Shown here piece after piece: positions 54,080-64,000 of a stretch of 64,000 nucleotides of DNA (positions are counted from its first letter, which is position 1; every line of letters begins with the position of its first letter). A model generated the notes under the pieces. The model was not told the DNA's origin and did no database searches. It worked only from the letters and a program-made list of their open reading frames with translations. This DNA comes from Trichoplax adhaerens (Eukaryota > Animalia > Placozoa). The stretch spans positions 5,180,267-5,244,266 of the forward strand of contig NW_002060947.1 in NCBI RefSeq assembly GCF_000150275.1, written 5' to 3'. Both the position numbers and the translations under genes were made by a program.

Positions 54080-55140
54080 TTGAATAATTTGTAATGAATA
54101 TTTAACCGTGCACGTACGGTATGCGAGTGAAATTATAATTCTACACAACAGAGTATTGTACCATATTTGCCTAGGATAGAGCGCTGGCAATGATATGAAA
54201 TTATTCTCTTTGTTAACTTGCAGTCTGCTGTGCCTTTATGCAAAAAAATGCATTCAGATACAATTACACCAAAGTTCTCTGCATAAGATTGTAAAATAAT
54301 GTGGAATTTTACTTCAAAAGTTAGGTTGCATTATAGCATATTAACTGATCTTGATATCTCCATGTTCATTTGTATATGAATCTACATCTCTCTTTTATTC
54401 TTACATTATATTGGAAGTAGTTCTAAGTACTGTCCATTATATAATAACTATCTTCAATAGGAAGCCCTACCGATCGTTAGATTGATACGCAAATGTGTAT
54501 TTCATTTTTTTGTATCGATTATCTTACGTATTATATTCTTTCAAGGTATCGTTAATGTTGCTGCACTCAACCAATATCAAATTCATTTGTAAAATAAAAC
54601 AATTTTTGGATAGATTTGACCAGTATGATGTATCAGTATACTAAATTATTGCAACTGTTGACTTTTATCTACTGAATTTGCCGGTTATGGAAGTAATGTA
54701 AGTGTAAAGGCATTGATAAAAAGAGTCAAGAAAAGGCTAATGTTATTAGCCTTCAATTGTACCATAATTATAGGTCAACAGATGAAAAATTAATTTTATA
54801 GGAGGAATCACAAAGAATAAGGCTAAAATAAAAATAAACATAAGAGTAATTCTGAACTGTCGACATTAATGCTATCATTTGAGAGGCAATGACCAAAATG
54901 ATCTGAAAAATAAGGATATCGGAATTGTCACAATTTCAGAATTTTGGATATTTATTTAAATTTCTGTGATGTCTTATAAGTAGTCTATCAGTCTATAATT
55001 GTTTAAATTTTATCCTTATTCTTATTCTAAGTCTATTTCTGAATAAGTGTAAATGCCGTAGTGCGCCAAAGAGATAGATGTATTGAAATTGATATTTATG
55101 TGACCCGATAAACTCTAAACGTGTCATATTCACACTGTAC

Positions 55141-56060
55141 CAAAGGCCGTTGTGCATATCAATAAGATCAATAACCCTGCAGCCAGATACGGATGAAGAG
55201 TAGCAGATACTGTTTTCAATAATGATATAATGAGCTCTAGTGCTTTGTATAATTTCGTAGACTTCACGAGCTGATAAACGAGAGTAGAATTGATCTAAAA
55301 GTAAAATAATAGTTCAGTACTAAATTAGTACTGTATTTAACATAAGTGCTTAATCCATTTCATTCAGTATTCATTCCATGGCTATGTTCGATCTCTCTTC
55401 TACGCGCGTTTTCATTTCCAATAAGATCGCAATTACCTTCGTAGTCCTTTCTGTTAACCATTTTTCTTCGTAATGAGGATGATTGGTAACATGCCTACCA
55501 GTGCAGCACTTCACCCCCGCAAGAAGTTGCATACTACTAGCAAAGGAGGTTTCCTTCCCAATACTATTACCGTTAACATTAAAAATAGAACGTTTTTGAT
55601 TCGATCCTAATAATAGCCTGTGAGTAGGCATATTGTATAACTAAATAAACTAATAAGTGTAAAGATAATAAAATAGCTGTGAATCTTGTTAGTTTTATAA
55701 TATATAGCTTAACAATACTAATTAATATTAATCCTTAATAATAAAGGCAATCACTTATTACAACTTCTGTGCGAACTTAATCCAGTTCATCAAATCTACA
55801 GTGTCAGGATCGTAAAATTCCCTTAGTTTACTCAATTCAGTTGTTAAGGTAATAGTCAGTATACTATTCTTCTATCCAATTTTAAATCGTTCTAAAAACC
55901 TTTTACCTTGATGTTGGTAAACCAAAGATTTACTTTATGTATTTCTTGAATTATTGATCGAAATTAATAGCCACAGTAAGCACAAAGTACTACATGTAGT
56001 AAGTCAATCTGCGCCGTACTGGTATATGTGCAAAATTGAATGATTCTATTTGAGGATAAT
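55141..56060 (-). pseudogene. DPY19L3: Decayed C-terminal fragment of a DPY19L3-like C-mannosyltransferase gene (intron-containing)
   Basis: ELSKLREFYDPDTVDLMNWI; FASSMQLLAGVKCCTGRHVTNHPHYEEKWLTERT; QFYSRLSAREVYEII...YIIIENSICY...GCRVIDLIDMHNG. These match the DPY19L3 luminal domain. Lesions: expected acceptor reads GG (55570-55571); phase mismatch between donor 55437 and acceptor 55294; TAG at 55990-55992. There is no room for the multi-TM N-terminus before TRNT1. Confidence 0.75.
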
Positions 56061-56415
56061 CTATAGTGCAAATTTAATTAAAAATATAGCAAATTCTGAA
56101 TACCTTTTTTTACGTTTCCATACTCCTATATAGATATTTATTAATTCTACTATGAACGCATTGTTCACGTTCCAAACTACGTTATTGGCGATTTATGGTT
56201 AGTTGTTATTGAAGTAGCTATCCCCTCAATGACGTATAATTTGATAAATGATTCTAATTAATCATTATCCCAGTAGGATAGTTCCTACACTAGTTACAGT
56301 AACTTTATAGTCTGAGTTGTATTGTCACCTTGGAAAAAATCTCTGAAGTAGCTTTAGAGATGGGAGGAAATTAACTACTTCATTAACAAACGAAACCAAT
56401 CATAAGAGAATAGAA

Positions 56416-56507
56416 GTTGCTACTTCAGCTCCTGGCGGAATGCACCTGCGTATTTCTTTCTAGGTGCTGCTTCAGCTCCCCGCGAAATGCACATGCGTAT
56501 TTCTTTC
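56416..56507. repeat. Imperfect tandem direct repeat, 47-bp period, 2 copies
   Basis: GTTGCTACTTCAGCTCCTGGCGGAATGCACCTGCGTATTTCTTTC and GGTGCTGCTTCAGCTCCCCGCGAAATGCACATGCGTATTTCTTTC. Confidence 0.9.
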
Positions 56508-56541
56508 ATTGCGCAAAAGTGAGCAAACTAAGGAAGATGAA

Positions 56542-56830
56542 TACTATACACTATACAGTACATACTGTACAGTACAGTACAGTACAGTACACTTATACAG
56601 TACTTTCTACTGTATTCTGTTACCAAATACTGTACTGAAATTATTAAGTTGCTCTACTGTACGTACAGTACAGTGTACAGACCTGAGAAAGGTTCGGTTT
56701 AAACCGTTATGATCTACTGTACGGTACAGTACAGTATACAGTATAACAGTACTACTGCACTGTACTGTACCTTAGACTGTACAGTGTACAGTCTACAGTC
56801 TATAGTGTACGCACAGTACTGTACTGTACG
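56542..56830. repeat. Degenerate mixed-orientation ACAGT/ACTGT array upstream of TRNT1
   Basis: Several runs of ACAGT and ACTGT units forming local inverted repeats. Confidence 0.9.
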
Positions 56831-57086
56831 GTAAATGTTCTGCATACACAGAGTAAGATATATGTTCATACACAAGTCTTCAGCATTGAAATACACTCAG
56901 AAGTTCATTACCAACTTATACATTGACCCAAACAGCCCTTGTTGGAATAACGTAACCTAGCGATTAGACGCTGAGATTATGATTTCACTATTGGACGTTT
57001 TAGTGTATGCGTACTAAACCTATTTAACGTATCAAGACATTGATTGGCTCGGATCTTGGCATCAAGAAGACTTTAGCTTCCTGGAC

Positions 57087-58954
57087 ATGATCGGATTGAT
57101 ATCGCGCTTGATCTTGACTCGATTGCCAAGGATAACTTTGAATCAAAATTCTCCTTATTACACATCTGCTTGTAGAACTTTCCAACCATTAGCATCTCTA
57201 CAGAGATCAATGTCGATCCAAGTAGATACACCCAATTTCAGGGCTATCATAACCGATGAGTTAAAACGAGTCATCCAACTTTTCCAAGAAAATAATTATC
57301 AAATCAGATTAGTAGGAGGAGTTGTTAGGGATGTGCTCTTGGATAAGGTTGCCAAAGATATCGACTTAGGTAGGGCAAGCCATTCAATACTGCAGTGATC
57401 TTTACACTTTCATAATGGTACATTAAATTCAGATTGATCAAGATATAATTTGAATGACATTGCTGAATACAGTTCATATGAATTCCATACAATTTGAATA
57501 ATCCAACGTTTTGTTAGACGTTAATGTACCATCAAGAGTAGGAGTGTAGCAATCATCAAGCCAAATCAAAATTATTTCCTACTGAGCTATCAGTAATTAT
57601 ATCATGACTCTTATGGTGTATTCATTTAATTTAGCAACCGATGCAACTCCTGATCAAATGATTGAAATCTTGAAAAAAAATGAAATCAAATATGTGGAAA
57701 CAGGATTACAACATGGAACCATCACGGTTATTATTAATAAAGCTATTTTTGAAATTACTACTTTAAGGATAGACGCAATAACAGATGGGCGTCATGCACA
57801 AGTAAGTACTTTACATTTACTTCAAATATGCCATATTGAAGAATAAAGCATCAACAAAACATCATAATAACATTCAAAATTTACTCCCAATCCAAGGTAC
57901 AATTTACTAATGATTGGAGAATTGATGCTGAAAGAAGGGATTTAACTATCAATGCCATGTCTCTATCCATTGATGGCACTTTATTTGATTACTTTAATGG
58001 ACGAGAAGATCTTATCAATAGGCGAATAATTTTTGTAGGTAATACCAGGAAAAGGATACAAGAAGATTATCTTCGCATTTTACGTTATTTTCGTTTCTAT
58101 GGTCGAATAGCTGCTAATGCCGACAGTCATGATCCTGATATTCTGCAAGAAATTCGTCATACAGCTGCTGGACTCGAGAAAATCGCTTCGGAGCGGATTT
58201 GGATGGAGATGTCGAAAATATTAGTCGGAAATTTTGCCCCCGATCTCCTACGTCTCATGTATGATCTCGGTGTCGCTTCACATATCAGTAAGCCATTCAA
58301 TACAGTATATCAACCAATGTTATCATATTTGATAGCTATACTATAGCATGAAAGATGTCCTTGACTAAGAACTGAACTCTATGATAGAGTGTTATCGTTA
58401 TATAACATATAGCATATAGTGCAAGGATTTATCAATTTTAACTTTAACTTTAGTAATTGTCAATCACAGATTTACCAAAAGACGGTAATGTTGAAGAATT
58501 TCAAGCGATATGGGATCGAATGCGAAATTATAAGCCCCAACCTGCTGTCTTACTCGCAAGCTTGGTGAATTCTGTATCAAGCGCTGAAGCGCTAGCTAGG
58601 ACGTGGAAGTTATCGAACGTGGAACGATTTTTGATGAAGTTTATAACTGGCAAGAGACAAAATCACTATACGATACTTAAGCAATATCAAGACTTACTAT
58701 TTGACAAAGAAACCATGTCCAGAGATCATATCATTCAACTAATGTATTACAATGGTCATTCACAATTAGTGGATGATATTAATAATTGGGTAATTCCCAA
58801 ATTTCCTATAGGTGGTAATGACTTAAAATCTTTAGGTCATAAGCCTGGACCTCAATTTAAAAGAACCCTGGATATGCTGAAAAAGCATTGGATGGATACC
58901 AATTATAAGACTACCAAAGAAGAGCTACTTATGTTGATCCAGTCTAACAAATGA
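57087..58954 (+). CDS. TRNT1: CCA tRNA nucleotidyltransferase (class II), 4 coding exons
   Basis: Exons about 57087-57369, 57635-57801, 57897-58287 and 58470-58954. Motifs [69 protein letters not shown]...GP. Confidence 0.95.
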
Positions 58955-59960
58955 TTCCCTATCCACCTACGATTGTCTAATTTATTGACACAATGCGTAA
59001 TATCCATAAATTTACTCAGTAATTCATGAAACCCTGCACCAAATGTGTTGTACAAAAGGATTAATTTAACTATCGGAAATCTTTACTGCGTAAACTTTCC
59101 TCAATATTATACTTGATGAGCTTACTGAAGTATTAATGATCAAATGTGTTACTTTAAGTAAAAGAGAGGTACTTGTCTACCTTGCATATAAGGTACATAA
59201 GTAGCTGACGAGTTATTCTTAATAGGATGTCATTTCTCTAAGCCTGATAATCTAATTTTTTTAATATTTTAATTATATTTGTTTCTAAAAAATTAATCTC
59301 TGTATTGATGTTTGCTGAAATGGCTTGATATTGGTACACATTCTAATCAGAAGTATTTTATTCCTTACGATGAGAAAATTTCTTTCATAAAGCTGAAAAT
59401 TTATTCGTGTAAAAATTCATATTGCTGAGCTCTCAAATGTTGATATTAGTAGCTAAAAAATGACCACTATTGAACAACGATAACCGATTAATGCTATGTT
59501 GCCAGTGCCACAGGGTTATTTTTCTAGACTCAATTAAACATAAACTGTTGTTCATTAATAATACATGATATCAAAATGACATTCTTCACCACAGAGATGA
59601 AGACAAAAACCTAAATTATTTTATTTATCTCTGTACTTATCGAGTTGTATAAAATTTGTTGAATAGTAGAAATATATTAGTTGCTTTCCGAACGGCGTGG
59701 ATAGTATTACAATTACTAATGTGTCTGTAGTGATAATGATAAAAATAGTTAGTCTAAGATCTGAATAGAGTTATTACGAAATTATGTCGTTATCCTAACA
59801 AATTAAGTTACCAACAAAGATGTGCTACATTTCCATTAGCTTGATCTTCAAAATCGCATGTGTATAATTGAATTCTTGCTAATTGATATCGTTTAAAAAT
59901 AGAGATCTGACTACGATTATTCAATGATGCCACCTAGATCAGTAGTTATTGCAGTTATTT

Positions 59961-62900
59961 TTACATATTAACATCAATTGCCGCAATATCTTGGTTAAGG
60001 CTATGAATAAGCTCTGCGCTACTCTCGCTCTTGGATTTTAGCTTCTCTGGATTAACTGCAGCTAGAAAATGCACTTCCCCATTGCTGCATCCTACAGAAA
60101 TCTGGCTACCATCTTCGCTCATATCGAAGCAAGTAATATCTGTTCCGTGAATAGATGCTTTGCCAATAGATTTTCTTGATATTAGATTAATTACCTGCAG
60201 TGCTCGATTGCTGACACCTCCAAGCATCCATCCCATTAAGGATATATTATTGGCTAGAAAGCCGGAACCTCGCCAGACTTTGCTATAGATACCGGGTAGG
60301 GTCCGTTTATGTTGTAATCTACCGGTTAGACTAACTGCATGAACGACTCCTTCAGATATTTTTTCCTCTTTAAATGACGTTACATCTGCTGTAGTCGAAT
60401 TTTGCCAATAAATTACGGGTTGGGTATTAACTAAAGTGATGAAATGATGCTTCGTCAGGCAGCGTTTATCGGTTGAAATTGTTTTCAGTTTACGTTGAGT
60501 TTTGTAATCCCAAGTGGTAATTTGAGGAACTCCATACAACCAACCGGCAACGTTATCACTTGTCGAATGGACATGAATTGTTGCTAGTTGACTACAGTTA
60601 TCTGATAATGTAGCTGCTATGACCTTTAAAAATGTATCATATGAAGTATAATTAAAGATTTATTCATTACATTAACGGCTAGATAAATTTTACAAACTGT
60701 TATGTACGAAATAAGACAAATTACTGCCACTTCATAAAATTAGAAGTGTTTGAATATTATACTGTAACTTTATTTGTATATGCAGAACATACCTTGTCAG
60801 TGATTTCATGTCTAAATTCAACGGTACTAGGTTCTGGAAAATTTGGAGGTGTCCTCGATAATGTCCATTCTCCTAAGACCGCATTGTCAGCAAGTACAGC
60901 TGCGATAACCACATTTGGTAGAGATTCACGGATAAAAATTGTACACAATCCTAAACGATTGAAAACGGTCCATAGATGCTTTCTTCCAGCATATGGCAAT
61001 ATGCTATTCAACGAAAAAACCATAAAATTAATCAATTTTAAAACATTATGTAAGCTAAATCATTTCATTACAATTAAATTTATGTAAGTGATTAGAATTA
61101 GGCGCTACAACAAGGCAAACTTCAATTTAATCATGTTATTACTGACCAATGTTTACTTCTAGAGGTATCTTCGCGCAATGAGGTAATCAACCAGATTTCT
61201 ATACCATCATCTGATATACCCGCTAAGAAATCATCCTTTGGAGAATAGCATACAGGCAGTACAATTTCTAATAAAACAGAACAGAAATCAAAGCTTGATT
61301 ATTAAATAAGATAACGATTTATCTCAAGCCTAATGTTACATGCCCTTCTATCAATGTCATTAAAGCTCATATTTAGCTGAAATCCTACTAGCCATCCTCA
61401 AATAATAACTTTAGAAAGTTAATCCTGCAATGCCGTTATTCATATTTGTTACCTGAATTAGTATCGGCAATTAATGATGCCTTCAGCTTAGGCGGCTGCG
61501 TTTCCCATAGCCATAGATGCTGATCGCGAGTGCTTGTAACAAGTATATTGCCTTTGTGCGATAATAGACAGCGTTCCACTGAATTTTTATGCACCTAAAT
61601 TGGCACAAAATAGGCACATCAATGAACATTAAGTTAAAGCTGTTCGATAGGAGTCTATTTACGCTTTAAACATAATGTCGGATAAGGTAGATTCAAGTTG
61701 AAAGAAATTAGTAATGTCGACATACGGGCTGCTTAAATTCTTCAGCACTGGTAGGCACAATACAACTACCATCCCATAGCCTTACTGAGCCATCCTTTGA
61801 AGATGTTGCTAATACGGTCGATTCAATATTGCCAGGGTCATAAACAATTGCACAAGAAGTAATCTCCATGGCATGACCTTTTAAAGCAGCTCTACTTATA
61901 CTATTTTGCTTATTGAGGATGATAAGCTATAGCAGAGACAATGAATGACATAAAAGCATGCTTTAAAAGTAGGCTTGAACATTGATCTTATTCATTACGA
62001 TAGAAAATATTGATTATGTAATTGATAAATAGGAGAGAATTAAGCGTTAAACTAATTTTCAAGCTAATTTCAGAGGTTATAAAATAATCTATTAATAGTG
62101 TAGATTTAAGAAGGTAAATCTTAGTTATAAAAAGACAATTAAGGTTTAGCTGCTTACTTGCAGTTCTCGGCTATTGGTGCGATTTGGAGTGGCAATATAA
62201 TCCAAATTTAACGAGAAAGAAATAAATCGATGATCGCTAGCGCAATTTAAGGTCAACTTTTGACCAATACGTTTCCCTTTAAAAAATGTATGATATGACA
62301 ATTTTAGCAAAATCTGATCATAAAATAGTGTTGTAATTAATTGCTTTAAATTTATCAGTACATTTGAAGCAAAACCTTGATATTGTGAGAACTATAATAA
62401 TTTTAAAACTACCAATACCGTAGTAGAATAAACTTACCATTACTAACATGCCAAATGTAAGTTCCGTCCGGTAAGACAGCTGCAACTCTTTTGGAATCTC
62501 TCGATAATCGAATAACTGCGTTTGTAGCTTCACTATCATACAGCTTATCTGTCGCTAACTTCCTAATTTCCTATCAAAATTTATTAATAAATTGAAAAAT
62601 CATTAAATTACATTATCTGATCGTGGATAATGATAGTAAAGGAGGTAAAGTTTGATTATCGACATTAAATGCGCAATTTACTACCAGAATTTAATACTGC
62701 TAACCTTAAATTTAGACAAACTATATAGAAATACTTTATTGGTTATAATAGCTAATGTCTTTCCGTCGTGAGAGAAGCAACTTGACTTCGGCCGAAACTA
62801 TAGAGCAGATAAAAAGGATTAAGAACTCTACTTAAGAACTTCAAACCACAACAATTTTATCTCTATATGAAAATAGTATTACCTGTAAATCTTTCTTTTC

Positions 62901-63792
62901 TACTACTTTCCCGCTATTTGGATTGAATACTTTTAAGGTATTCTTCTCTATTAGTGATATTCTGGTCTGCAACAATAACGATAATGAAATTGACTAGTAT
63001 CTCGGCTAAGCAAAAGTGGTAGCGGACGTCTTTAGTATTACTAACAACCATTCAAGCATTATTTTCAATATTAAAACTTACTTGTGCACTTGTTTTACCG
63101 GATATGAATATCTGCGATGCTTGGGTAAAGGCACAGGGAATTCTTTTAATTATTTGACCTAAAAATAGATACAATAATAATAATTATGGCCAAGTTACGG
63201 AGATAAATCATTTAACAATGTTAATATTTTTAATAAACTCAGTGATATTGGTACATTTAGAATGAAGAGCCTCTAAACAGACCCTCTGATTCTCTATTTA
63301 ATCCAAAAATGATAATTTCATCCGTATCCCATGCAGTTATCCAGTCACAATGAGGTGGAAAAGCAACTGTTTTAATGCTTGGATGCTTGATTTTCATTAG
63401 TAATGATCCACTTACAACCTACATATTCACACATACGCGTATGTATCCAAAATTATTAAAATGCAGTAATACAGCTATTCAACTCTGAAATTTTAATTAG
63501 GATACATCATAGAGGTGATAGTAAAATATAATATATTGCAATGCTACGAGTTTCAAGGCATAATTAAAGGATTTTATTTGTGAAGTATTCAATAAGTATT
63601 ATCGCATTCAACCTACCTGCCATACTCTTAAGATATTGTCATGACAAAATGTTGCCAAATATTTACAATCATCAGAAAATTGGCAGAATAAAGTCGATTC
63701 AGGATGTTCTAATAGTGCTATTTCTGCTGACATGGTCTGCGACTTAACTTGATCAATATAATATCGCTGAATGTTAAATTTATCATTCTTTT
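59961..63792 (-). CDS. WD40-repeat protein, 3' portion; 5' end beyond the window; possibly a STAND (NB-ARC/NACHT)-WD40 protein
   Basis: Spliced exons give LEHPESTLFCQFSDDCKYLATFCHDNILRVWQ, CFSHDGKTLA, LKGHAMEITSC...LATSSKDGSVRLWD, VHKNSVERCLLSHKGNILVTSTRDQHLWLWE and ITCFDMSEDGSQISVGCSNGEVHFL. Stop at 59961-59963. Confidence 0.85.
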
Positions 63793-64000
63793 CTATAAAT
63801 ACATTAAAATGTATAGCAAATAATTAGATAAAAAATAATTGACATCGCAAGTTGTAAGAGATCTATTTTAATAGAAATAAACATTGTAGACAAAACTATC
63901 AGTGTTCAACAGCTACTATAACCTAAGATACTAGGCACAAGTACTGAAGTAATGGCAGCAATATTTTATTAACTGATCTTGGGATAAATTTTAATTTACT

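Overview
AT-rich, intron-dense eukaryotic (animal) DNA with short GT-AG introns. Gene content, compactness and (ACAGT)n arrays suggest a placozoan (Trichoplax-like) genome; this is inference. All exons below were spliced and translated by eye. From left to right: (1) an intronless rhodopsin-class GPCR running off the left edge. (2) A ~15 kb gene-free zone holding solo-LTR-like elements (TG...CA, 5-bp target-site duplications) and two heavily decayed, intronless leucine-rich-repeat (LRR) coding tracts. (3) A giant LRR-containing GPCR (LGR) with an LRRNT exon, 47 single-repeat phase 2-2 exons and one 7TM exon. (4) A CNK/CNKSR scaffold gene (SAM-CRIC-PDZ-PH). (5) CCDC174 head-to-head with EXOSC8 across a fold-back ACAGT array. 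(6) A decayed DPY19L3-like fragment. (7) TRNT1 behind a second ACAGT array. (8) The 3' part of a WD40-repeat gene. The best candidate for an undescribed system is the giant one-repeat-per-exon LGR, together with its neighbouring processed LRR relics and solo LTRs.
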